In this document: positions 1 to 7,924 of the stretch, piece after piece
How the letters are laid out: each line of letters begins with the position of its first letter
How positions within the stretch are numbered: the stretch's first letter is position 1
NCBI RefSeq assembly: GCF_014696925.1
Contig: NZ_JACJQY010000037.1
Location: 1-32,000, forward strand
DNA from: Phormidium tenue FACHB-1050
Lineage (GTDB): Bacteria > Cyanobacteriota > Cyanobacteriia > Pseudanabaenales > Pseudanabaenaceae
Direction of reading: 5' to 3'
DNA length: 32,000 nt
Position numbers and translations under genes: made by a program
Notes under the pieces: model-generated
What the model saw: only the letters and a program-made list of their open reading frames with translations
Told to the model about the DNA's origin: nothing
The model's database searches: none

Positions 1-145
1 TCTCTGTCTCAAGTTCTTCGCTGTAATAACCCAAAATTATTCCTTTTCTTTCTTTGTCTGAGATTATCCTAATTTGCACAAGTTATTTGTTTTTCATTCC
101 TAAGCAGTTAGGTCAAAATAATACTCAGAATAACAATTTCACTCT

Positions 146-466
146 ATGACCACAAAAGTATGTGATTTGATTGACCAATATCTCATCGTCTTGGAAAAAA
201 GTGACACTGGGTTTTCAGCATATTCGCCTGATGTGGCGGGTTGTATCGCTACGGGAGAGACTTTAGAAGATACGACAAAATTAATGCGATCGGCTTTGGT
301 TTTGCATCTTGCGGATGTCGATGAGTTGCCAAAACCACGTGGGATTGATGCTTATGTAGATGCTTTGCGCGATTCTGAAGGTGAGGAGTTTTATTTAACT
401 CATATTTCTGTGGCGAGTTTGATTGCTAATTCGCAAGAGGTGAGTTGTGAGCAATCCCGAAATTAA
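146..466 (+). CDS. HicB-fold (UPF0150-like) antitoxin-domain protein, no DNA-binding tail, no cognate HicA
   Basis: 106-aa ORF. YLIVLEKSDTGFSAYSPDVAGCIATGETLEDT...LHL...ELPKPR matches the HicB N-terminal domain pattern. Its last 20 nt overlap the next ORF. Confidence 0.7.
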   Translation: MTTKVCDLIDQYLIVLEKSDTGFSAYSPDVAGCIATGETLEDTTKLMRSALVLHLADVDELPKPRGIDAYVDALRDSEGEEFYLTHISVASLIANSQEVSCEQSRN

Positions 467-2786
467 CATCGGTCAAGACGGGTCGAGTAATACGCAGAAT
501 AATACGTTCAATTTTGCAGCGTCAAAAGTAAATCCGCCGATTCCTGATAATGTGCCGATCGCTTCGCCGAACTTTGTGGGACGGGTGAAAGAACTTGAGG
601 AAATTCATGCCAAGTTGCAAGGGGGGCAAGGGGTGAGTGTCTGTGCGGTGGAGGGGATGGGCGGACTGGGCAAAAGCGAACTGGCTTTGCAATATGCCAA
701 ACGCTATCGACAGGAATATGCGGCGCGGTATTGGTTTTTGTTGCGGGGTGTGGGTTTGGCGCAGTCGGTGGTGACTATGGCGAGTCGCTATCTGGATTTG
801 CCTGAAGTGATGCAGTCCCAAACCGTTGAGGCGCAAGCGGAATGGTATTGGCAAAACTGGATACCGACTGAGGGGAAGGTGTTGGTAATTTTTGATGATG
901 TCACCGATCTGGCGAGTATTCCTAAGCAAGCTAGACCGTTGGCAGAACGCTTTCAGGTTTTGGTGACGACCCGCAAGCGTAAGTTGAGTTCGCAGTTTGC
1001 GGATATTCCTTTGGATGTGATTTCTGAGGCTGAGGCTTTGGAATTGTTGAGGAAGTTGTTAGGCAAATCGCGGGTGGATCGTGAGGAGATTGCCGCTAAA
1101 GCAATTTGTGAATATTTGGGTTATCTTCCCTTGGGTGTGGAGTTGGCGGGACGATATTTGCAACTTGATGAGGATCTGTCGCTGAGGGATTATCAACAAC
1201 GCTTGACTATTGCCGATGAGTCGTTAGATTTGCAAGAGACAGAAGAAATTAATGCGACGAGGGGAGTGATTGCGGCGTTTGAGTTGAGTTGGCAGGAGTT
1301 GAGCGCGAGTACGGTCAAGGTGGCGATGTTGTTGGGGTTGTTTGCTCCTGCGTATATGGTTTGGGGTTTGGTGGAAGAGGTAACAGCGCAATTGATCGAT
1401 GAGGGGGATCTGCATGAGGGGAGAAAGCAGCTTAATAATTTGTATCTAATCAAGGCGATCGATCAGGAGCGAACTCGTTTTGCATTACATCCTTTGGTGC
1501 GCGAGTTTTTTCGTTATAAACTTGTGATTTCCGATTCGATAACAAAACAGAATATTTATTACTTAGTTCTTGGAATAATCAAATATGATGTTGTATTAGC
1601 AAAATCACTTGTTGTTTCCGAACTTGAGAAATTTAATCCCTTTTTTGATAACTCTATAAAATCAATAGACTATGCAAGATTAATTAGAGAATCTAGGAGG
1701 TCATGGTATGAGGGTTTTGGTGTTTTAGCGCAGATGATTGGAATTACAAGCCCTGACGGATCTTTGCCCAAGATAGGATCATACATATACAACTCAGATG
1801 AAGCTACAGAGTCCAAAAACATTTTATATGCAGACTATTATGGCGAGGAATACGACGAATACTTTGAACTTCCAGAAGAAATTTTCATTCTTCACAGCCA
1901 AAAGTTATTTAATATCCTATTTGAAGAAAAGGGATTCACTTCTTTTACTACATCTTCTGGGAATAAGAACTTTAATATTCCGCTAGTGTCAGAATATAAA
2001 AAGTTAAGCGAAAAACTGTCTAAGATCATTGGGAATGATTGCTCATTACCTACTAACAACTCTGCTTTAATAAAGGAATCTGGCTGGTATGCTGCATATT
2101 TTCTCTCTGGTAAATATCCACTTAATTATTTTCCTAGAGCAATACCAGTTATTGAGATCAAAAGATGCCTTAGCATAGATTCTCAATGGAGTAGTGCAGT
2201 TAGTAGCTACGAACGCACTTGTCTTCAAATTGTCTTTGAAAGCCTAACATTAAATGATGTAGATGAGTTTGTTTATCCTTGGAATAGTAGATATAGTCAA
2301 GATCCACAAGAGATATTGAATTTTGTAACTACTGTTTATCAAGAATCCTTATCTGCATATCAAGATATTGTAGAAAGATGGTTTGGCAATTTTACCAGAT
2401 ACCTTCAAACCCTAAATATGTTTCCTATCACGATAGAAGGTGTTGTTATAACTTCTCCAGATGGGAGGTATTCTCTTGATTGGTACTGGATACCCTTAAA
2501 AGAAGGAAATTCAAATCGTGTAATATTTAATCTAGCAAAAGCTCCAATGACTGAAAATGAGATTAGTATTTTATTGAACAATGCCAGAGAAAATAGAGAT
2601 CAATTAGCCTCAAAAAGTCCAATTACTAAGGAGGATACTAATATTTTATTCTCTCATTATCATTATAAAAGCTCAAATCTTTTTACGCCAAAATTTCCTG
2701 TTACACATATTGTTTATGGCTGGTTATGGAATGACTTAGAAAAACTTAACTTGGTGTCTGGACGTTTTGATCCGCATATTTGGTAA
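447..2786 (+). CDS. STAND NTPase: NB-ARC module (aa ~45-355) fused to a ~420-aa AT-rich C-terminal domain of unknown family
   Basis: 779-aa ORF with a GTG start shortly after AAGAGG. Walker A GMGGLGKSELA, Walker B VLVIFDDV, GLPL-type GYLPLGVELAG, LHPLVREF at the MHD position. The C-terminal half has no motif I recognise but stays open through stop-rich AT DNA. Confidence 0.8.
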   Translation: MSNPEINIGQDGSSNTQNNTFNFAASKVNPPIPDNVPIASPNFVGRVKELEEIHAKLQGGQGVSVCAVEGMGGLGKSELALQYAKRYRQEYAARYWFLLRGVGLAQSVVTMASRYLDLPEVMQSQTVEAQAEWYWQNWIPTEGKVLVIFDDVTDLASIPKQARPLAERFQVLVTTRKRKLSSQFADIPLDVISEAEALELLRKLLGKSRVDREEIAAKAICEYLGYLPLGVELAGRYLQLDEDLSLRDYQQRLTIADESLDLQETEEINATRGVIAAFELSWQELSASTVKVAMLLGLFAPAYMVWGLVEEVTAQLIDEGDLHEGRKQLNNLYLIKAIDQERTRFALHPLVREFFRYKLVISDSITKQNIYYLVLGIIKYDVVLAKSLVVSELEKFNPFFDNSIKSIDYARLIRESRRSWYEGFGVLAQMIGITSPDGSLPKIGSYIYNSDEATESKNILYADYYGEEYDEYFELPEEIFILHSQKLFNILFEEKGFTSFTTSSGNKNFNIPLVSEYKKLSEKLSKIIGNDCSLPTNNSALIKESGWYAAYFLSGKYPLNYFPRAIPVIEIKRCLSIDSQWSSAVSSYERTCLQIVFESLTLNDVDEFVYPWNSRYSQDPQEILNFVTTVYQESLSAYQDIVERWFGNFTRYLQTLNMFPITIEGVVITSPDGRYSLDWYWIPLKEGNSNRVIFNLAKAPMTENEISILLNNARENRDQLASKSPITKEDTNILFSHYHYKSSNLFTPKFPVTHIVYGWLWNDLEKLNLVSGRFDPHIW

Positions 2787-2798
2787 ACGTAGACTATA

Positions 2799-3133
2799 TG
2801 GCAAGGCAGATATGAAGAAGCAGAAATGTACTATCTAGCAGCTTTGCAGTTGAGGCAAGAACTGTTGGCGATCGCCATCCCCATGTCGCGATCAGTCTCA
2901 ACAACCTCGCATTGCTGTACTATTTGCAAGGCAGATATGAAGAAGCAGAACCTCTGTATCAAGATGCTTTAGCAATTTTGATGTCAACCGTTGGCGAAAA
3001 TCATCCCTATATGCAGAGTGTAATGAGTGCGTTGATCATGCTGAAGTTGCAAGCGATTACAGGTTTAAATGCTGCTGCTTTAGAACAAATGATTAAAAAT
3101 AATCCTGATAAAATAATGCAAATGCTTCAATAA
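2799..3133 (+). pseudogene. Frameshifted TPR_12-type repeat fragment, probable remnant of the original STAND C-terminus
   Basis: 2799-2867 reads WQGRYEEAEMYYLAALQLRQELL in the same frame as the upstream ORF. One missing G at 2867-2868 shifts it to GDRHPHVAISLNNLALLYYLQGRYEEAEPLYQDALAI... (frame of ORF 2912-3133). There is no start codon or RBS of its own. Confidence 0.7.
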
Positions 3134-3143
3134 ATGATGTCTG

Positions 3144-3362
3144 ATGGCTAAAAAAATTAGAGAACTAAAAGCAATGCTTTTAAAAGCTGGCTTCACCTAT
3201 CGTTCTGGTAAAGGTAGCCACACCGTCTGGAGTCATCCTAAACTAGAATATAGCCTTACCCTATCAGGCAAAGACGGCAACGATGCCGATCGCTACCAAG
3301 AAAAAGACGTAAGAAACGCACTGCGAGATATTGACCAACAAAATGAAGGAGGACAACCATGA
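3144..3362 (+). CDS. hicA: HicA-family mRNA-interferase toxin
   Basis: 72 aa. LLKAGFTYRSGKGSHTVWSHPK is the HicA/YcfA GSH motif context. There is a 4-nt ATGA overlap with the downstream hicB. Confidence 0.85.
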   Translation: MAKKIRELKAMLLKAGFTYRSGKGSHTVWSHPKLEYSLTLSGKDGNDADRYQEKDVRNALRDIDQQNEGGQP

Positions 3363-3586
3363 CTCATAACTACAGCATTTCTATCCAATGGTCAGAAGAA
3401 GACAGCAAATTTGTCGCTCACCTACCCGAATTTGGTCCTTATGCCCATACTCACGGCGACACCTATGCTAAAGCCCTAGAAAATGCTTTGGAAGTTTTGG
3501 AATTACTAATCGAAGACTACACGGCTCGTCACAAACCCTTGCCAACACCACGCATAATCAAAAAATCTGACTTCATTGCAGCTTGA
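3359..3586 (+). CDS. hicB: HicB-family antitoxin
   Basis: 75 aa. WSEEDSKFVAHLPEFGPYAHTHGDTYAKALENALEVLELLIEDY...PLPTP matches the HicB fold pattern. Translationally coupled to hicA. Confidence 0.85.
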   Translation: MTHNYSISIQWSEEDSKFVAHLPEFGPYAHTHGDTYAKALENALEVLELLIEDYTARHKPLPTPRIIKKSDFIAA

Positions 3587-3600
3587 CAGGAAAAATCTCC

Positions 3601-3654
3601 GTAATTTTTAAAGTAGCTATGCGATCGCGAATGCATTTTGGTTTTGATTTGAGC
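3601..3654 (+). repeat. 54-bp inter-cassette repeat, copy 1
   Basis: GTAATTTTTAAAGTAGCTATGCGATCGCGAATGCATTTTGGTTTTGATTTGAGC. Near-identical to 4827-4880, and its 3' half recurs at 3944-3979. Confidence 0.85.
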
Positions 3655-3694
3655 ACTTAGTTATTGTTGGCTCTAATTTAGGCAAATAAAATAT

Positions 3695-3904
3695 ATGTAT
3701 CAAGTTACTGTTGATTATGCCAAAAAGAACCTTGATGAACTATGCGATCGGGCTACAAAAGAATCTGAAGGTGTAGGAATAGTTAGAGAAAATCGCAGCT
3801 ATATTTTGATTGCCCAAGAAGAATGGGAATCACTTATGGAAACCGCGATGATTATGCAACCTCCTAATATTCTGCAACAAATCGAAATAGCAAGGCAAGA
3901 ATAA
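3695..3904 (+). CDS. Phd/YefM-type antitoxin, apparently orphan
   Basis: 69 aa. N-terminal VTVDYAKKNLDELCDRA...ILIAQEEWESLMET resembles the Phd/YefM antitoxin pattern. No toxin ORF follows. Confidence 0.55.
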   Translation: MYQVTVDYAKKNLDELCDRATKESEGVGIVRENRSYILIAQEEWESLMETAMIMQPPNILQQIEIARQE

Positions 3905-3943
3905 GTGATTCGTGCAAAAATTCATTATGGAGAATACAAATAG

Positions 3944-3979
3944 GCTAGATCGCGAGTGGATTTTGGATTTGATTTAGGC
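3944..3979 (+). repeat. Inter-cassette repeat, partial copy (3' 36 nt)
   Basis: GCTAGATCGCGAGTGGATTTTGGATTTGATTTAGGC aligns to the 3' part of the 54-bp repeat. Confidence 0.75.
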
Positions 3980-3988
3980 GTGAAATTG

Positions 3989-4399
3989 TTACTGAATCTG
4001 TAAAGTAAATTCTTGTATCACTCTATCGCTAGCAGAATAATAGCTAACATGACTACCAGCAATCCTTATCATCTTTCCCATCCGCTTTGCTTTTATATTA
4101 AACTCAGGGTGACGCAAGAGATTTCTGAGTAGAAGAGAGATTTCTGAAGCTCGCGAATCTGGCAAATTAAAGCAGACTATACAAAAATATTCACTTATTG
4201 CTACCTTTCGCCAAAAATCCCGCTCATTGATAGTGATAAAGGTAGGCTGCGCCTCTTTTCGCAACAACATAGGGATCGCTTCATCTTTGATAATCGAATT
4301 AGGGCGTAAATCCGTAATAAAGCAAACATTACCCTGATACCATTTGCCGATCGCCTGTTCCAGATTCGCTCCTAAAAGCTGTTCATCAAGGACAATCAT
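3989..4399 (-). CDS. PIN-like (DUF5615-type) putative toxin
   Basis: 136 aa. MIVLDEQL...ITDL...IKDEAIPMLL...TFITINERDF follows the DUF5615/Mut7-C-like pattern. There is a 4-nt overlap with the upstream DUF433 gene, the usual partner. Confidence 0.5.
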   Translation of the reverse strand: MIVLDEQLLGANLEQAIGKWYQGNVCFITDLRPNSIIKDEAIPMLLRKEAQPTFITINERDFWRKVAISEYFCIVCFNLPDSRASEISLLLRNLLRHPEFNIKAKRMGKMIRIAGSHVSYYSASDRVIQEFTLQIQ

Positions 4400-4701
4400 G
4401 CTGCGCTCAAAATAGGAAGACTCTCAATAAAATGAGTTGTCACAACTTGAATCGCCTCCGCGATCGCCTCACGGGAAACCCTTCCCCGAAAACCAAGCAC
4501 AATATTTTCAACATTCTCACCCTTAGCTAATCGCTCCATCACACCCGCAATCTCAATCCGAGTGTACTTAAAAGTTGGGCGATCGCCACAAACTCCCATA
4601 GCCCGAACAACATACTGCCCTAGCGGATAATAGCTATAGGATTCGCCATTAATTATTTCAGTGACAAGCGATCGCATATAAACTTTTTCATCCAATATCA
4701 A
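4396..4701 (-). CDS. DUF433-family antitoxin-like protein
   Basis: 101 aa. GVCGDRPTFKYTRIEIAGVMERLAKGENVENIVLGF..VSREAIAEAIQ matches the DUF433 core pattern. Confidence 0.65.
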   Translation of the reverse strand: MILDEKVYMRSLVTEIINGESYSYYPLGQYVVRAMGVCGDRPTFKYTRIEIAGVMERLAKGENVENIVLGFRGRVSREAIAEAIQVVTTHFIESLPILSAA

Positions 4702-4826
4702 TATATTTTAAAACAGTCATCTCCCCAACCAATGATAAACTTCCTTCTTGTCAATATCAAAGTCGGATTTTACCAATTATATCACGGCAAAATCTCACCC
4801 AATTCAAGTAGATTTTACGCACATCA

Positions 4827-4880
4827 GTAATTTTTAAAGTAGCCAAGCGATCGCGGTTGTATTTTGGATTTGATTTAGGC
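4827..4880 (+). repeat. 54-bp inter-cassette repeat, copy 2
   Basis: GTAATTTTTAAAGTAGCCAAGCGATCGCGGTTGTATTTTGGATTTGATTTAGGC. Confidence 0.85.
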
Positions 4881-5096
4881 GATCGCTGAATTGGTGTTCT
4901 ATCGTGAAAAGTATCCGATTACAATTCACTTTCGTAAATCATGAGATAGAGTCCAATAGATTTGAAGAACTAGCGATCGCCACATCTAGTTTTATTACTA
5001 CCGCAATCACTGCATAATAGAGATAAAACCAGTGAAGATAATCCTGCAAGTTAAGTGGATTGTCTTGGTTACACAGAGCAAGTAATTGAGTTAGCA

Positions 5097-6092
5097 ATGC
5101 ATTTTATTGATCGAGTTACGATACATGTCAAGTCTGGTAATGGTGGCGATGGGCTAGTTGCATTTCGCCGCGAGAAATATGTGCCTGCGGGTGGCCCTGC
5201 GGGTGGTAATGGTGGCAATGGTGGCTCGGTGATCTTACAAGCAACAACCGATCTGCAAACCCTTCTAGACTTTCGCTTCGAGAATATTTTTAAGGCTGAA
5301 GATGGTGAACGTGGTGGTCCTAGCAATATGACGGGTCGCAAGGGTAGCGATCGCGTGATCAAAGTCCCTGTCGGTACAGTGGTGATGAATGAAGAAACAG
5401 GTGAGGTTTTAGGCGATCTCACCGAGGTCGATCAAACTTTGTTTGTGGCAAAAGGCGGCAAAGGCGGATTGGGCAATAAATACTTTTTGAGCAATCAAAA
5501 TCGCGCCCCTGACTATGCTTTACCTGGATTACCTGGGGAAGAACTTAATCTTTATTTAGAACTAAAATTAATTGCCGAAGTCGGGATCATTGGCTTACCA
5601 AATGCGGGTAAATCGACATTGATCTCTGTTGTATCGGCAGCTCGTCCCAAAATTGCTGATTATCCCTTCACCACGCTTGTCCCCAATTTGGGTGTCGTTT
5701 CTAAGCCGTCAGGTGATGGGATTGTATTTGCGGATATTCCAGGATTAATCGAAGGTGCATCTGAGGGTATTGGCTTGGGGCATGACTTTTTGCGCCATGT
5801 GGAACGCACAAAACTATTAATTCATTTGATTGATGTCACTCAAGATGATCCCCTAGCGGCTTATCACACCATTCAAGAAGAGCTAGATGCCTATGGTCAT
5901 GGCTTAGCTGATAAACCACAAATTCTGGCTCTGAATAAAATTGATGCTATGTTGCCTGAAGATGTGGAGGCGATCGCCTCACAGTTCGATCTACCGATTC
6001 TCGCCATTTCGGCGGCTTCCAAAAAGGGGCTAGATCAACTTTTGAAATCAGTCTGGAAAACCTTAGAGAAATTCGATCAGCAAAATCCATAA
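5097..6092 (+). CDS. obg: GTPase Obg/CgtA
   Basis: MHFIDRVTIHVKSGNGGDGLVAFRREKY Obg fold, then G1 GLPNAGKST, G3 DIPGLIEGAS, G4 NKID. ATG at 5097 preferred over the GTG at 5055. Confidence 0.95.
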   Translation: MHFIDRVTIHVKSGNGGDGLVAFRREKYVPAGGPAGGNGGNGGSVILQATTDLQTLLDFRFENIFKAEDGERGGPSNMTGRKGSDRVIKVPVGTVVMNEETGEVLGDLTEVDQTLFVAKGGKGGLGNKYFLSNQNRAPDYALPGLPGEELNLYLELKLIAEVGIIGLPNAGKSTLISVVSAARPKIADYPFTTLVPNLGVVSKPSGDGIVFADIPGLIEGASEGIGLGHDFLRHVERTKLLIHLIDVTQDDPLAAYHTIQEELDAYGHGLADKPQILALNKIDAMLPEDVEAIASQFDLPILAISAASKKGLDQLLKSVWKTLEKFDQQNP

Positions 6093-6121
6093 AAAAAGCG
6101 GTGCATTGCACCGCTTTTTTT
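6093..6121. terminator. Bidirectional intrinsic terminator between convergent genes
   Basis: A-run, stem AGCGGTGCA/TGCACCGCT, T-run. Confidence 0.8.
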
Positions 6122-6449
6122 ATTTGAACATGAAGAAATTGCCAAAGGCTCCAACTGTGGTTACTTTTTTGTTAGGCATATCAGTTTCGTAAAGACTGAG
6201 TACTACAAAATTTTGCTGCTTAGTCGAGTTCTCAACCAATGACTTGATTACCCCTTTACCTTGAGAGATCACAAATTTGCAGGACTGCTGAGCCGCGATC
6301 GGAATATTATCTCCAGCACAAATTGAGGTTTTACCTGTTTCCGAAAATTGCTCGGTTGCATAATCGATGTAACGCTCTTTACTAGGATTGCTAACAGCCA
6401 TTACGCCAACGACTACAGCAGCACCAATCAAAATTACTTGTAATTTCAT
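6120..6449 (-). CDS. Small membrane-anchored protein, DUF4359-like
   Basis: N-terminal TM MKLQVILIGAAVVVGVMAV followed by SNPSKERYIDYA. Start taken at the MKLQ methionine. Confidence 0.45.
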   Translation of the reverse strand: MKLQVILIGAAVVVGVMAVSNPSKERYIDYATEQFSETGKTSICAGDNIPIAAQQSCKFVISQGKGVIKSLVENSTKQQNFVVLSLYETDMPNKKVTTVGAFGNFFMFK

Positions 6450-6539
6450 AATCAACTCAGACAATGGGCTTAAGCCCATTGTTCCTTAAATTTCTAAGTG
6501 TGTTAACTTTACTGAATAATTGCGACAAAAAGTAGCGTG

Positions 6540-6655
6540 TATAGCAAAGTAAGTTTTGCCAAGGACATAAAACCCAAGAATCGAGTGGCGGCGCTTCGCG
6601 CCGCCACTCGATTCTTGGGTTTTGGTTTGTACTAGCTAACTCTTTTTTTGCTATA
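6540..6655. mobile_element. MITE-like nested palindrome, copy A
   Basis: TATAGCAAAGTAAGTTTTGCC...GAGTGGCGGCGCTTCGCGCCGCCACTC...TTGCTATA. Aligns end to end with 23149-23266. Confidence 0.7.
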
Positions 6656-6666
6656 CAATGTTAATC

Positions 6667-7515
6667 CTACTTTTTGATCGGCGCGATCGCATCTTGGCTA
6701 ATCTGACAAATTTCATGATGACAATGCCCGTTACTCGCCACGATCGTTCCCCACTGGCGCAATTCGAGATTGTTGTAAGACAGCAATGACAAATCAGAAT
6801 GGGTAAGTTGTCCACCAGCCTCAGTCAGAATAATTTCAGGAGCGCAATAGTCCCAATCCTTAGGCGCAGACTTCCCTGAAACAGAGATATAGACATCCGC
6901 ATTACCTGAGGCGATCGCCGCAAATTTACCGCCAATGCTACCAACCGCAATTTCGGCAGCCTTAGGTAATTGTTGGAGAATACTTTCTAGTTGATAATTG
7001 CGATGGCTACGACTTGCCACTACCACCATTTGATTGAGATCGACTTTATTAGAAACTTGGATACGTTGCTGTAAACCATCTCTAGTCTCGATATATGCCC
7101 CATTGCCTAACATGCCTTGAAAAAGACGATCCTGAGCAGGAGTAGCCACGAGTCCTAGGACAGGACGTTGGCGATAGGTCAAGCCAATATGCACCGCAAA
7201 CTCATTAGTCCGCCGAATAAAGTCACTCGTGCCATCCATCGGATCAATGATCCACACCCATTCATGCTCAAGGCGATCAATATTATCTTCAGTTTCTTCG
7301 CTGAGATAGGCAAAGTTGTCAGTACCAAATGATTGCTTTAACTGACTCAAGATGAAATCATTAGCCGCCAAATCTGCGGAAGTCACATTGCCCTCTTCGC
7401 CCCCCTTAAACATAATTTCTAAGTCTTGAGGCTCCTGATAGTACTTCATCAGAATATCCCCTGCCCCCCAAGCGATCGGGCGAGCCAGCGACATAATTTC
7501 GTTTAAATTCAGCAT
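6667..7515 (-). CDS. Inositol-monophosphatase-family protein, CysQ-like 3'(2'),5'-bisphosphate nucleotidase
   Basis: LSEETED and WIIDPMDGT metal-binding motifs. 282 aa. Confidence 0.8.
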   Translation of the reverse strand: MLNLNEIMSLARPIAWGAGDILMKYYQEPQDLEIMFKGGEEGNVTSADLAANDFILSQLKQSFGTDNFAYLSEETEDNIDRLEHEWVWIIDPMDGTSDFIRRTNEFAVHIGLTYRQRPVLGLVATPAQDRLFQGMLGNGAYIETRDGLQQRIQVSNKVDLNQMVVVASRSHRNYQLESILQQLPKAAEIAVGSIGGKFAAIASGNADVYISVSGKSAPKDWDYCAPEIILTEAGGQLTHSDLSLLSYNNLELRQWGTIVASNGHCHHEICQISQDAIAPIKK

Positions 7516-7660
7516 CTTGAATTTTGGTGAAGCGAATGATTGCTTCTATTCTGTAACCAAAAGCCAAAAAGAAGCAAGTAGGTAAAGCCCACTTGCTCCT
7601 TTTTATATACTCTTTGTCTAAGCAAGAATTAGTGGTGCGGCGCTTTGCGCCGCCATTATC

Positions 7661-7693
7661 TAGAAAACTGGGTGCTTTGCACCCAGTTTTCTA
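7661..7693 (-). terminator. Intrinsic terminator downstream of smtA
   Basis: TAGAAAACTGGGTGC-TTTG-CACCCAGTTTTCTA hairpin 13 nt past the smtA stop. Confidence 0.6.
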
Positions 7694-7705
7694 TGTCGAT
7701 AAAAT

Positions 7706-7873
7706 CTAACCGCAGCCGCAACCAGATTTTTTACAACCTGCCGATCCTTCAGGATGTCCATCGGCACATGCTTTGCTGCAATAGGGTTTGCCATTTGCCA
7801 TGATCGCTGTGTCTAGGGAGACCATGCAACTACATTTAGGGCAAGCGCATTTAGTTTCTGTGAGAGTTGTCAT
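7706..7873 (-). CDS. smtA: SmtA/BmtA-type bacterial metallothionein (55 aa, below the ORF-track cutoff)
   Basis: My translation of the reverse strand is MTTLTETKCACPKCSCMVSLDTAIMANGKPYCSKACADGHPEGSAGCKKSGCGCG. The Cys/His pattern and the YCS.ACADGH core match Synechococcus SmtA. Divergent from smtB. Confidence 0.85.
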   Translation of the reverse strand: MTTLTETKCACPKCSCMVSLDTAIMANGKPYCSKACADGHPEGSAGCKKSGCGCG

Positions 7874-7904
7874 ATGTTTAATCCTATTCGATTGAATTTA
7901 TTAT

Positions 7905-7924
7905 ATATGAATATACGTTCATAT
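7905..7924. promoter_or_regulatory. Candidate SmtB operator in the smtA-smtB divergent promoter
   Basis: ATATGAA-TATACG-TTCATAT, perfect 7-nt inverted arms containing the TGAA..TTCA core. A second ATTC-GATT-GAAT dyad lies at about 7886-7897. Confidence 0.5.

Noticed and set aside
1-145. Possible start of a minus-strand gene leaving the window, or a hicA upstream of the HicB-fold gene
   Set aside because: There are only about 40 nt of open frame at the edge and no recognisable HicA sequence, so it cannot be supported.
522-929. 135-aa antisense ORF in the NB-ARC region
   Set aside because: It has no recognisable motifs and is Arg/His/Gln-rich. The sense strand carries the Walker A/B motifs.
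3905-3943. 12-codon GTG ORF (VIRAKIHYGEYK) abutting the phd-type stop: toxin remnant?
   Set aside because: It is too short to assign to any toxin family by eye. I mention it only as context for the cassette-repeat finding.
5069-5422. 117-aa antisense ORF in obg
   Set aside because: It lies opposite the Gly-rich Obg fold (GGN codons give open CCN frames). obg is unambiguous.
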